DNA of 64,000 nt from Paraphysomonas bandaiensis (Eukaryota; Protista; Chrysophyceae): positions 214,825 through 278,824 of the forward strand of contig CBFFRP010000395.1 in assembly GCA_965644295.1 (NCBI GenBank), written 5' to 3'. Of this stretch, positions 1 through 12,300 are shown one piece after another (position 1 is the first letter of the stretch; every line of letters starts with the position of its first letter). Made by a program: the position numbers and the translations under genes. A model generated the notes under the pieces. That model saw only the letters and a list, made by a program, of their open reading frames with translations, was not told where the DNA came from and searched no databases.

Positions 1-1818
1 GTTGTGGGATGGCATGCTCCAGAAGATGTTGATATACCTGCTATTGATATACCTAGACGGGATGAAAGTTGTGAAGAATGTGAAGAGTACATTCTAGTCA
101 TGCCGAAAGGGCACACTTCGCTGTGGCAGTCGCTTGGTAGCCAGCGCATTGCGCGCTATGACGTTCAACAATCACTGAGCCTTGTCCACCAAATAGTTGT
201 ATTAGTTCAGCACTTACACGATGCGGGGTTAGTGCACTGTGATCTCAAACCTCGCAATATTCTAATTTCAGACACCCGTCAACTAATTTTATGCGATTTG
301 GATGCAGCTGTTCCTATTGGTGAGCTACGGCCGCAAAATCTGAAGAGCAGTACTGCATATAGTCCGCCTGAGCTAATTCGTCATTATAATAACTCTAATT
401 ATCAGCCAACTGATACAGGTTTGCTTCGCATAGAAGCAAGTTTTGATGTTTGGTCCATTGGAGTTATTTTGTTTGAAGTGTTGACAGGACGACATCTTTT
501 CCCACAGGATATAAGCGACGACAATATGGTGGATGAAGCCTCAGCAATGCAACTCAGTTTGTGGCTATGTATTAACGACGCATTACTTGATATTGTATTG
601 AAAGAATGCGACAGTGTTGAGTTAAGATTGAATGCTCATTACCTGATCCGGTGGTGTCTACAAGGGGACCCTACCCTGCGTCCTAGCATTTCTGATATTC
701 TTACTCATTCGCTCTTTAGTGGTGGAAAATATAGCCCCCCTGATACCTTGCTGTCATATCCTTCGTATAAAGGCAACAAATTATTCAAATCAATAATTTC
801 TCAAAATGGTACTCGCATGAAATATCACGTTTTTATATCACATTTTCAAATGGAGGCATCCGGTGACGTCGGTACATTATATCATATGCTCGAGAATCTC
901 GGTGTGCATGTATGGCGAGATATGAACACGAGGAATTTAACAGAGACAGCCATGCGTCAGGGCGTGTTTGATAGTGATGTATTTGTTCTTTTCCTTACAA
1001 ACTCAGCGCTAAGTCGTTCTTTCTGTCTCAAAGAGGTCGGATGGGCACTTGAATTCGGGAAACCGGTAACAATCATTGTGGAAAGGGAGGAGAGATTTTG
1101 GGCATGGGACTGGACGCGTTGGACACATGACAAATGTTCACGTGTACCGGGAGTATTGAACACCTGGAGAAAAGGTCGACTACAGAATTATTTTGACGAC
1201 GTATATTCACAGCATCATAACGTGTACACTATGATCAAGAAACATCATGAAGAAAAGTCGATGCTTCCCTTTCGACGACGAAAATTTGAAGTGAATGCAT
1301 TGGTACAGGAGTTGTTGCGGAGGGCGGAAGAGCAAGGAGTGACCTGGAAACTACCTCTGACAATTACTGATAGAAAAAATGTGGATTTATTGCGACGCTC
1401 TGAGATATGCATTGTCTCACCTCCAAATGCTACTTCCATTGCTAATGCGATGCGCAACTCTCTTACATTAACATTTCCTTCTATTCAATGGGTGGATGTT
1501 ATTGGAAGTGATACTAATGTTATTGTCATATTAACTTCGCAAACACTCCCTAGCTGCGAGAAGTACATGTCAGACATTGTGGAGAGGAACTCAACCGTAA
1601 CAAACAATGATGATATACATGCCGCCGCAGTGTTATTTATATATTCGGTTGAGCTTGGCTGGGATTTCGCCGACTTCTACGAAAGGCCAGACGACGACAT
1701 TAAAGATTACATTTCCGCCAATGAAGCACTGACACACAGGACACTGCCTTATGAGCATCACGCTCTGTGTTCTGAAATTTTGCGTCGCATATATTTTACT
1801 TCTAATGCGATCAGCTAA
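1..1818 (+). CDS. Ser/Thr protein kinase - TIR domain fusion protein (5'-truncated by window edge)
   Basis: Kinase motifs VHCDLKPRNIL, CDLD in place of DFG, AYSPPE and DVWSIGVILFE. A TIR domain starts at 817: YHVFISH...VHVWRD...GVFDSDVFVLFLTNSALSRSFCLKEVGWALEFGKP. The frame is open from position 1 and the kinase N-lobe is missing. Confidence 0.88.
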   Translation, partial: VVGWHAPEDVDIPAIDIPRRDESCEECEEYILVMPKGHTSLWQSLGSQRIARYDVQQSLSLVHQIVVLVQHLHDAGLVHCDLKPRNILISDTRQLILCDLDAAVPIGELRPQNLKSSTAYSPPELIRHYNNSNYQPTDTGLLRIEASFDVWSIGVILFEVLTGRHLFPQDISDDNMVDEASAMQLSLWLCINDALLDIVLKECDSVELRLNAHYLIRWCLQGDPTLRPSISDILTHSLFSGGKYSPPDTLLSYPSYKGNKLFKSIISQNGTRMKYHVFISHFQMEASGDVGTLYHMLENLGVHVWRDMNTRNLTETAMRQGVFDSDVFVLFLTNSALSRSFCLKEVGWALEFGKPVTIIVEREERFWAWDWTRWTHDKCSRVPGVLNTWRKGRLQNYFDDVYSQHHNVYTMIKKHHEEKSMLPFRRRKFEVNALVQELLRRAEEQGVTWKLPLTITDRKNVDLLRRSEICIVSPPNATSIANAMRNSLTLTFPSIQWVDVIGSDTNVIVILTSQTLPSCEKYMSDIVERNSTVTNNDDIHAAAVLFIYSVELGWDFADFYERPDDDIKDYISANEALTHRTLPYEHHALCSEILRRIYFTSNAIS

Positions 1819-2182
1819 TATATTTACTTATGTTCGATTCATCAACATCTGCTCCGATTTCCCACTTATTGGTGCGCCTTATATATAGTGATTGATTACT
1901 TTCGCCGCGTGATGTAGAATATTGTTAATTTGTTGTGTTTATATAGGCCTGACTTGTATGGTCGCCATGTGTACATGTGTACCATGTTGAGTTCTGCTAT
2001 ATGAGAGCAATTGAAAGCCGGAAGTTGTAAGGTATTAAATTACAGTAGTATACAGTTGTACTTTTATTAATCGTACTGTGAGAATGAATGACGATAAGTA
2101 TAGTAGTAAAACGGTGTAGTGGTGATGCAAGTTGTAGTGACGAAGTAAGATCGTACGAGAAATGAGTGGTAGTAGAGACCAG

Positions 2183-2920
2183 CAGGGCCAGGTAAAAATA
2201 TATTGGATTGCAATATATTGCAATTATTTACTTTTGCTTGCTACAATATATTGATTATTATTTAATCAAAATTTGGCCTCGCAATATATTGATATATATT
2301 GCTCGTTCTTGCGTATCTTAGAAATATATTTGATTAACCACAAATTGCTTTTCATATTCACATATAACTCATCTATTATTATAACATCGAACAATTTTGA
2401 TACATACCTGCAACGAATTTGTTGCAATATTAGAATTCGTACTGTTTCTGTCAAGCTATTCACCAAATAGTAAACTCCAAACTACTTAAATTGATGCTGT
2501 AATCCTCATACAAATCTGTTTTTCTTGTGATCTGTAATAGAATGCCAGTCTAAACAGTCAATAAGCAAGATGCCAGTAAAATGATTGCCATATCCGCCCA
2601 AACTATAACACTAAACTAAACTATCACTGTACAGTATACAGTCCAAACTATTCGGCCATCATCACTTTCATATTTTACACCCAGTATTGACCGACCAAGC
2701 ACATATTCAGTACAACTAACGTTGTGGAGCGTTTGTTCAGCGTATGTCATCCTGACATACTTGCAACAAGGAATGACCCCACGACACTTCGAAATGGTGC
2801 TGTTCCTTCGCTTCAACAAGCACTTGTGGACCGCAGAGACATCATAGATGATGGACTGTCCGACTATAAGAATGAGAACCACAGTGACGACGAGTTGGAA
2901 CACTTAGGCCATTTTTAATA
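2183..2920 (+). mobile_element. Degenerate hAT-family DNA transposon remnant
   Basis: CAGGG terminus at 2183 followed by TTGCAATATATTG subterminal motifs shared with 50938-51627. Peptide remnant TTNVVERLFS near 2713-2745 resembles the hAT C-terminal dimerisation motif. Right end not identified. Confidence 0.55.
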
Positions 2921-3269
2921 CCCTAAATCCCCAGATTTAAGGCTTTCGGGATTCAGGAGTAAAATAGGGTAATAAGTATTTGTTGTTGCTGTTAGTATAC
3001 CCCTAAAACCCAAAATCCCTAAATCCTTTGGCTTATTACAGCAATCGTCACACACATATATATATATATATGCATATAGCTATAATTAATGTTCCATACA
3101 TTATAAAGTATACGACCTCAGCACCATAATATACTCTAGTAGAGGGTTATGAAACGTCGACCTCACTGAGATTGTTATGGAGGCTTTTCTTAAGTTCATA
3201 CAAGAAGATGTGGAATATCAACAGTCATTTAAGCAGCAGAGGATGGAGTTGTAGACATTTGGGAAACGG

Positions 3270-4207
3270 TACATACATACATACATACATACATACATAC
3301 ATACATACATACATACATACATACATACATACATACATACATACATACATACATACATACATACATACCTACATACATACATACATACCTACATACATAC
3401 ATACATACATACATACATACATACATACCTACATACATACATACATACCTACATACATACATACATACATACATACATACATACATACATACATACATAC
3501 ATACCTACATACCTACATACCTACATACCTACATACATACATACATACATACCTACATACCTACATACATACATACATACATACATACATACATACATAC
3601 ATACATACATACATACATACATACATACATACATACATACATACATACATACATACATACATACCTACATACCTACATACATACATACATACATACATAC
3701 ATACATACATACCTACATACCTACATACCTACATACCTACATACCTACATACCTACATACCTACATACATACATACATACATACATACATACATACATAC
3801 ATACATACATACATACATACATACATACATAGATACATACATACATACATACATACATACATAGATACATAGATACATAGATACATAGATACATAGATAC
3901 ATAGATACATAGATACATAGATACATAGATACATAGATACATAGATACATTGATACATAGATACATAGATACATAGATACATAGATACATAGATACATAG
4001 ATACATAGATACATAGATACATAGATACATAGATACATATAGATACATAGATACATACATACATACATACATACATACATACATACATACATACATACAT
4101 ACATACATACATACATACATACATACATACATACATACATACATACATACATACATACATACATACATACATACATACATACATACATACATACATACAT
4201 ACATACA

Positions 4208-4241
<34 letters not shown>

Positions 4242-5091
4242 CATACATACATACATACATACATACATACATACATACATACATACATACATACATACAT
4301 ACATACATACATACATACATACATACATACATACATACATACATACATACATACATACATACATACATACATACATACATACATACATACATACATACAT
4401 ACATACATACATACATACATACATACATACATACATACATACATACATACATACATACATACATACATACATACATACATACATACATACATACATACAT
4501 ACATACATACATACATACATACATACATACATACATACATACATACATACATACATACATACATACATACATACATACATACATACATACATACATACAT
4601 ACATACATACATACATACATACATACATACATACATACATACATACATACATACATACATACATACATACATACATACATACATACATACATACATACAT
4701 ACATACATACATACATACATACATACATACATACATACATACATACATACATACATACATACATACATACATACATACATACATACATACATACATACAT
4801 ACATACATACATACATACATACATACATACATACATACATACATACATACATACATACATACATACATACATACATACATACATACATACATACATACAT
4901 ACATACATACATACATACATACATACATACATACATACATACATACATACATACATACATACATACATACATACATACATACATACATACATACATACAT
5001 ACATACATACATACATACATACATACATACATACATACATACATACATACCTACATACATACATACATACATACATACATACATACATACA

Positions 5092-5120
<29 letters not shown>
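3270..5120. repeat. Giant (TACA)n microsatellite, about 1.85 kb, with TACC variants and a (TAGATACA)n block at about 3862-4052
   Basis: Directly visible in the sequence. Confidence 0.99.
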
Positions 5121-5124
<4 letters not shown>

Positions 5125-5331
5125 TGCCACACAGATACTGATCAGAACAGAGTATACATATAGACCCTCGACTATGTCCATAGCTTATAATGAAGTCCAT
5201 TAAACTCTAGGTATAGATGCAGAGGACATCACATAACAAAGAGAGGTAAGAGTGGTACCTTACATATATACACTATCCAACACAACTAACACACCTACCC
5301 ACTCACACTCTCTCTACATATATATATATAC

Positions 5332-7635
5332 ATGTACAGTACCGTCTCATCAATCCTTAAAGAACTATGGTCATCTGAACTATACAATATCTTATCTTCT
5401 CATTCATTACATCATCAAACTACATCATCATATGATCATCTTATATCTAAAAGGGGTATACCTGTATGGTTATCTGAATGGTTTCAATGCACCCCACATA
5501 TGACATCAACTCATAAACATACTACTAAAAATCCCCTTAAAAAAACACGAACTTCATCAAGAATACATAAAAAACCTACAAATTTGAATCAAATTAATTT
5601 GGAAAATGATATATTATCAACATGGGAAGATCCTCATATCTTAATTCCTGCTCAACAGTATGGTGAAGTTGATGCATGTATATCTGAGATTGCATCAGTT
5701 CCACAACCATTTACTGTATATGTTCATCCACAAGTTAGTTTATTATGTGATATACATAGTCATTTAAGTGATGCTGAAGTAATTGGTCTATTAGCTGGTC
5801 GATGGGATCCAATTGAGCGTTGCATATATATACAAACGGCTTGTCCATGTGATTCAACGGAACGAATAGATGATGATGGTTCGACTGATGTAGAAATGGA
5901 TCCTACTGCTGAATTAGTAGCACGTGAGGCAATACATAGCATGGGACTTATGGTTGTTGGATGGTATCACTCTCACCCTAGTTTCAGGCCCGATCCCTCT
6001 ACCACAGACGTGATTAATCAGCGACAGTATCAGCAGCTAATGCGTGATGAAACCTCAGGTATGGAGCCTTTTGTAGGTCTGATTGTCTCTACTTATGACC
6101 CCTCTCGGCCTGGATTGGAATCTCTGCACCAATGGTTTCATGCAGTGCCCTTCTCCTGCGCGAGTCGAGCTGCAGCATGCCAGTGGCTTCCGATGACGGT
6201 ACGTGTTTGTACGGCCAGTGTCTGTAAAAGTCTGTGTCCTATATCCGGCCAGGTATCACCCGACATCGCATCCACGCTATCAAACCGCCTTTTGTCATTG
6301 AATAATAAATCCTCGGATGGTACATCACTTCAAGGTGAGCCACCACAACCGAATGGTGAAATATCCAAGTCCGTGGAAAAGGAAGATAGTTCCAAAAATG
6401 AACTTCCTAACGAAGAAATGATGTTAAAAGAGGCTGACGTGTCTGTTGGTCTCGATAGAATTAGCGGCAAGTCTAGTCGGGATGAGACCGAGATGAGCCC
6501 GAGCTGTGACCAAACAGAAATAAAGTCCGTGGAAAAGGAAGAAAGTTCCAGAAATGAACTTCCTAACGAGGAAATGAAGTTAAAAGAGGCTGACGTGTCT
6601 GTTGGTCTCGATAGAATTAGCGGCAAGTCTAGTCGGGATGAGACCGAAATGAGTCCGAGCTGTGACCAAACAGAAATAAAGTCCGTGGAAAAGGAAGAAA
6701 GTTCCAGAAATGAACTTCCTAACGAGGAAATGAAGTTAAAAGAGGCTCACGTGTCTGTTGGTCTCGATAGAATTAGCGGCAAGTTCAGTCGGGATGAGAC
6801 CGAGATGAGTCCGAGCTGTGATCAAACAGAAACAAATAGAGCACCAGATAGTGATGATTCTGTCCATCCTTGTAGTAGCCTCGAGAAGGGCAAAAAGGAA
6901 ACAAGTATAGTGAAGATAGAAAATACATCTACTAGAGAGATAGAACAAACTGACTGTACCGATAAAAGCACTGACGCTACTGATGGTGAGAAAGAACAAA
7001 CTGACTGTACCAATGAAAGCGCTGAAGCTACTGATGCTTTGAAAGTCTCATCATCGCCTGAAGGACAGAAAATGCCACTACGTCGATCCCGCATAAGGCG
7101 TGCTCCACGTACTTTCTATGACGATGAAGTGTACGATAATTCCATAAGAGTGGAAAGAACGAATGGACCGACTGATGCCACCTTAACTATATGTCACAAA
7201 GTAAAGGATAATGGGAAGGACAAGAATGTGGCACCTGTTAACGGTGAGGGCGGAAGGAGCAAAAGAGGTGTTAAGCGCCGTCGCAACGGGCTTGGAGTGG
7301 TTTCAACTTCTGGGGGTCGTGGAAGGTGCATGGCCTCCCTGATTCAGTGTCTACAGCAGGAGACATCGGCTGCAGTTAAAGGGCGAACGCTTGTGTGTTC
7401 GGCAGCTCCTATTCTACAATGCTCTTGCATTGGAATTGTCGCCTTGGGCTATCACTATAGCCAATCCAAACGTAAAACCAATATCTTGAAGAAGTGGAAG
7501 AATGTCTTCAAATATAGTAAAATTAAAGCCAGCATTTGTGTTTGGTTGAAGTATATGGGACTAAGTGAAAGTGATCAGGAGTTATTTGCGGATAGCATTG
7601 TTGATTTTTTAAATTCCTGCTGGCGAAATGAATAA
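5332..7635 (+). CDS. MPN+/JAMM metalloprotease (MYSM1/MPND-like deubiquitinase domain) with a long low-complexity C-terminal half
   Basis: HSHLSDAEVIGLLAGRWD...VGWYHSHPSFRPDPSTTD gives an intact E...HxHx7Sx2D JAMM motif, followed by PFVGLIVS. 767-aa ORF. Confidence 0.88.
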   Translation: MYSTVSSILKELWSSELYNILSSHSLHHQTTSSYDHLISKRGIPVWLSEWFQCTPHMTSTHKHTTKNPLKKTRTSSRIHKKPTNLNQINLENDILSTWEDPHILIPAQQYGEVDACISEIASVPQPFTVYVHPQVSLLCDIHSHLSDAEVIGLLAGRWDPIERCIYIQTACPCDSTERIDDDGSTDVEMDPTAELVAREAIHSMGLMVVGWYHSHPSFRPDPSTTDVINQRQYQQLMRDETSGMEPFVGLIVSTYDPSRPGLESLHQWFHAVPFSCASRAAACQWLPMTVRVCTASVCKSLCPISGQVSPDIASTLSNRLLSLNNKSSDGTSLQGEPPQPNGEISKSVEKEDSSKNELPNEEMMLKEADVSVGLDRISGKSSRDETEMSPSCDQTEIKSVEKEESSRNELPNEEMKLKEADVSVGLDRISGKSSRDETEMSPSCDQTEIKSVEKEESSRNELPNEEMKLKEAHVSVGLDRISGKFSRDETEMSPSCDQTETNRAPDSDDSVHPCSSLEKGKKETSIVKIENTSTREIEQTDCTDKSTDATDGEKEQTDCTNESAEATDALKVSSSPEGQKMPLRRSRIRRAPRTFYDDEVYDNSIRVERTNGPTDATLTICHKVKDNGKDKNVAPVNGEGGRSKRGVKRRRNGLGVVSTSGGRGRCMASLIQCLQQETSAAVKGRTLVCSAAPILQCSCIGIVALGYHYSQSKRKTNILKKWKNVFKYSKIKASICVWLKYMGLSESDQELFADSIVDFLNSCWRNE
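6367..6832 (+). repeat. Three near-identical in-frame 156-bp (52-aa) tandem repeats
   Basis: AAGTCCGTGGAAAAGGAA recurs at 6367, 6523 and 6679. The peptide KSVEKE...SPSCDQTE occurs three times. Confidence 0.97.
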
Positions 7636-8591
7636 GTAGTAATTTGCATGTTTTTAGTTGTACTATCATATGTGATGTGAATAGTGGAAGTGGCATAACT
7701 AACTTTTGGTATACAAAGTTATTGCTTGTCAGTATTTATGATTGATGATTGAGTAAGTTCCATACTACAAGTTGTGGAAGTTTCACTTTACATACAACGA
7801 ATCAACAGGTTGCAGATGTTTTGAAAAGGACCTGTGCGTTTCAACACTAATGGGTACATAATTACTAAAAAGTAATCAAAATATTTCAGCTTGAAGTGTT
7901 GAAATGTTTCTACGCTCTACGTACATAAATGTCATGATGAATATGGGAAGAATTGTGGACACACGAGGCTTTTGTAGTCTTTCTTAGCATTATCATATCA
8001 TTTATGGACTATTCGAGCGCAGCTGACTTGAATGCTTTTGTATATATATTATGACTCACACAATCTAGCTAACCACGACCATAGAGAACTAGGTGCCTTT
8101 TCCTCGAATCACCATTAGCATCAGATGTGGCATTTGAACTCTCCAGTAATATTCTTGAAGTTGAAGATAGATCGTATGCTCGAATATCATTATGATCTAC
8201 TAAACATCAGACGAAGAATGGAAGATAACTTGGAGTGTTAAATGATCTGATTTTGAAAGTGGAGTCGTTATTGTGGTTTCACTGTCATTGTGTAATATAT
8301 TGAAATCACATGCAAGTGTCTGTCGATATTATAATTAAAATAGAAGAGATTTTATGCTCACACCGAATATTGAAGTTGAATGTCTATATATACCTGGTGC
8401 TAATATGAGCGTTCTGTTGAACCCAAGAAATTGCTTTCTTTTAGACAAAAAGAAAATAACACATATATTATCAAAACACTGAGCTAATTAGTGATAAGAT
8501 CACCTTGTAGCTAACATGAACCGGAACTGCATTATTTAGTAATCATAAAATTGCAGTTTAGACTTCTTTTTTTAAATTCAAAAGTAACCTA

Positions 8592-8850
8592 GCAGTGAAT
8601 GTCTGATTATTAGCAATAGGCGTGTTAGTGTCAGAACTAGTGTAGCAAAACAGTTTAATAAACTAGTGCTTAACTCTGATATCCTACTCTTTTACTCTAC
8701 GAAAGATGCTTGTGCTTAACCGCAAGCACCAAGGTGCAACCACTTTTGCTCTCTGTCCTTAAGGTGGTCAGCCCGGATGCTTGACTTCAGCAGGAAGCTC
8801 AATACCCCGGATGTCTTGAGGTGGGCCCATTCCCGGATGTCTGTTTATTC
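8592..8850 (-). mobile_element. Dispersed repeat family R1, copy A (partial, inverted relative to the other copies)
   Basis: The reverse complement matches segments of 16302-16683, 44058-44497, 49792-50017 and 58891-59533, e.g. CTGCTGAAGTCAAGCATCCGGGCT and GTGGTTGCACCTTGGTGCTTGCGGT. Confidence 0.9.
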
Positions 8851-9319
8851 CCACTAGCATCGTTAGAGTTGTGACGTTGTTGATTGATAATTTTATGAGT
8901 GTTTTGTCTGTGTTAGATCTCAAGTTATAACTTGTGTAATTTAAGACAACCTTTTCTAGTTTACAAGTGTTGGAGTCAAAGTAACAAGTGCACACGTCTC
9001 ATTATTTTAAAGAGGTAAACCTAGGGTAGATAGCTGTGTCATACTCGTAATGAATATAAAATAACTCATACACGCCGACTTTTACGTGTGTAAGCACGAC
9101 AAAGTAATCATTTTTACGTAGTTGACGGTCTAACAAACCAATCATTACCCCCTTTTTTCAGAACATTTTAAAAAAGAAAAAGGATCTATGGGAAAGCATT
9201 AAAAACTATTTTTACATTATGAAGTGTAAAATAAATACTTAACTGAGAACTCATAGTCGTAATATTGAGATCATTTACGATGTTTTAGTAAAAACAAAAA
9301 ATATCAATTATATATAATA

Positions 9320-12300
9320 TTAAAAATGAGTGCTTTTAAATTTCGATGTCATCCACTCTATCTTATTGGAAGCATACGGTACTTCATCAATATCGTTATC
9401 TAGATGAAACTTACCTCCATATGTAACATTATCTACAAACCTTATCTTCAACATTTTATGCACCATATCAACGTCAACAACAGCTGCAACATCACTGGTG
9501 CCGGAATCATCACTGTCGTCAGAACTACCATTACCAATTTTGACAAAGTACCCTTTCGCAACGTCAATGTTGGGTCGAGGACAAGGTAATAGTAACTCCG
9601 ACGGACAATGTGGTATCACTCGACTTCTTTGCAATCTGTAGACAACAAATAAAATATAGAAAGACATGTACCTTAATTCATTCTACCTGCCCCGAGCTAG
9701 TGCTTGTACTCGAGTAACTGCCTTTTCCAGTGCCTCCTTATCAGACAGGGCCACAGGAACACCAGATAGTCCAGTTATGGATGACTGGGATGTCTCCATT
9801 GGAGAAGTCTCCTCCAGCCAAATTAAACCAGGCGTGTCGTAACGAATACGTTCTTCACGAACACCACCACCTTCAATATTGAACAGAACAACCAAAACTC
9901 CAGCATCGACATCGACATCATCTACCCGACCTTCGTTTTCCGAATCTTCAATTGTTGCTACCCAGTACCCAACAGCGTTGCCAATCGTCGGAGGACTATC
10001 TATCTCTATGAGATTTACATCGTCGTCGTCATTCGCAACTCCGGCCTGTGTAGCAGCTTGCTCCCTCACATGTCTGCAGTAGTGGTTATAATATCAATTT
10101 GGCTACATGATCGACATAGAGTGGAATTTTAACTTACGTTCCCCGATTAGTGGCTTGTATTCGTGTTGCAGCCCAGTCGGCAGGGTTGTTATAAATCTCT
10201 GCAACTGGAGTATCATCTATAGTATTTGAGAAAAGATATGGATATATGCAAATAATTACCACCGCATTGTTGGGATCGAAGTCGTAAATTGCGTCGGTCA
10301 CGCCTACCACGAAGTAAAGCTTGGATTTTGGTCACAGCCCATTCATCACGTTGTTGCTCTTTAGCGTTGTGCATTCTGAACCAATTCAAAATATCTGGGC
10401 TGTCGTAGGCTATCTCATACTCATCAGGATTTTCATCGTCACCAAAATTAACAACCATCAATCCCGTGGAAATATCAACACTTTCAACAAGACCTTCGCC
10501 CCCATCGTACTCACTGACCTCGACCCAATATCCAGTGGCTTCGCCAATCGGAGGCCTTGGTACTATATTGAGAACCATAATGTCGTTCTCTTTATCGTCA
10601 TCAACTGTTCCAAGAGCAGCATTAACGACATCACTTATCAAATACCTGCACTTCATTAAAACAAACATCAATAAATCGACTATACGACACCCACTTTCGC
10701 CGATAAAGTGACTGTATTTTCAATGCCGCTTTGTTCTCAATCTGCTCCCTCTTTAGTTTCCTATATATACGCCTCCCACGCATTCCTCTTATACGCGCCT
10801 GAAGAATGCATGCACACTTCTGCATGTTTTGCATCTTATTCATCTTCTCTGAAAGGATGTTTCTGCGATGAGCAACAACGAAACTTCTTTGAATAAGGAG
10901 CGCACTAGCCCTTATTCTTTGGGCCTTATGGTATGCGTGTCGCATACGACACACTGATTGTAGCGTCAACACTGCATCACTCTCCGTTATTTTCTTCTTT
11001 GCCTTGCGCCGCATTAATATCAATTTCCATAACGCTCTCTTGAGTCTGCGTGTTTTGGATATCTTGACAAAAAAACGTAGCAAAACACATAATGCCCGCC
11101 CACGCCGGCGTCTCCTCGAGTGAGCACGAAGTATTTCTTCGTGAAGTGGCAAGATGGCATTGTGGGAGCATTTCGCATACCACTCCTTGTAAGCTCCGCG
11201 TTCGTTCCGGTGTTGAGTAATAGTCGAGCTGAAGAGCTTCATGTCGGCGATAGCTTCATCGATCTGACGCCTACGCTCCTTCTCAGCAGTCTTCAGTTCG
11301 TTTATTGCAGCGCTGGTGCTGCTGATGGCAAAGGAATCCTCTTTACTGAAACACACATTTGGGGTATCTATGTCAAATAACCGAGAAAACTTCAAGGAAT
11401 TCGATAAGTCTTCACTGAACCTTTGCCAGTCAAATTCATACTGCGAATAGGTCTGCTTCAAGTTTTCGGCTCTTAAGATGCCGTCCTCTAGGACCTTCTG
11501 TCGCTGCGTGTGGTGGGATTCTGTTTCAGGTATTGATATCAAATCGGCGTCTTCCGACGGATAAATGCGTCGAATCATGTCCTCTGGTACACCAGCCTCT
11601 CGTGATCCATCAAAGTATTCCACACTGTATGTTCCCCCCTTCCAGGATCTGGATACTACACCTTGACACCATTCCTTTCCCTCTTGTCGTACCTCCACAA
11701 AGTCCCCTCGGGTGAATGTACCTGGGGCCTCTTCCCATCCAACTTTAGCAGCAGAAATCAGTCGCAATCGATTAGCAGTCACACCAGACTCAGTGCCCCC
11801 CCCATTGAATTGCACAGTGTACGTTGCATCCGAACTCCAGCTACACACTATTCCTGAGCACCACGCGAGTCCACCATTCGGCACGCACTCCACCATATCC
11901 CCCACATGAAACACCAAGTCACTTGCTGTAGAATCATGTGATCTCTCTCGGCAAATACGATCCAGAGTTTTAGATGCTGCATTGTCATTATACATATCAT
12001 CACTACTATGATGTGATGATGAAAATTTTCGATAGCGCGAATGCATACTTCCATGACTACTTCTCCGTTTATCAGATCCAATAAGTGATTCATTCCAATT
12101 TGAAAAGAAAAACGTACGAAATTCTTTTGCAGATATTACACCATCATTATTAGAATCTAAATAGTTTACTAATCTATCGATACAATCATCTGGTAATTTA
12201 GATAATGTACCTTTTGTTAATCTTTTTAATGCTTTTTTTAATGCATAAACTTCAATTAAATTTCCTCTTAATAAATGAACATTAGCTGCTTTAGCAAATG

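Noticed and set aside
2921-3025. Telomere-like CCCTAAA motifs (also TTAGGGTTAGG near 44323 and CCTAACCCCTAACC near 59707)
   Set aside because: Only 1-3 scattered, imperfect units, too few to call interstitial telomeric repeats.
3172-5181. Long HTYI/MYVC-repeat ORFs (also 44822-45722, 55709-56631 and the N-terminus of 12970-14403)
   Set aside because: They are translations of stop-free (TACA)n microsatellite, with no evidence of coding function.
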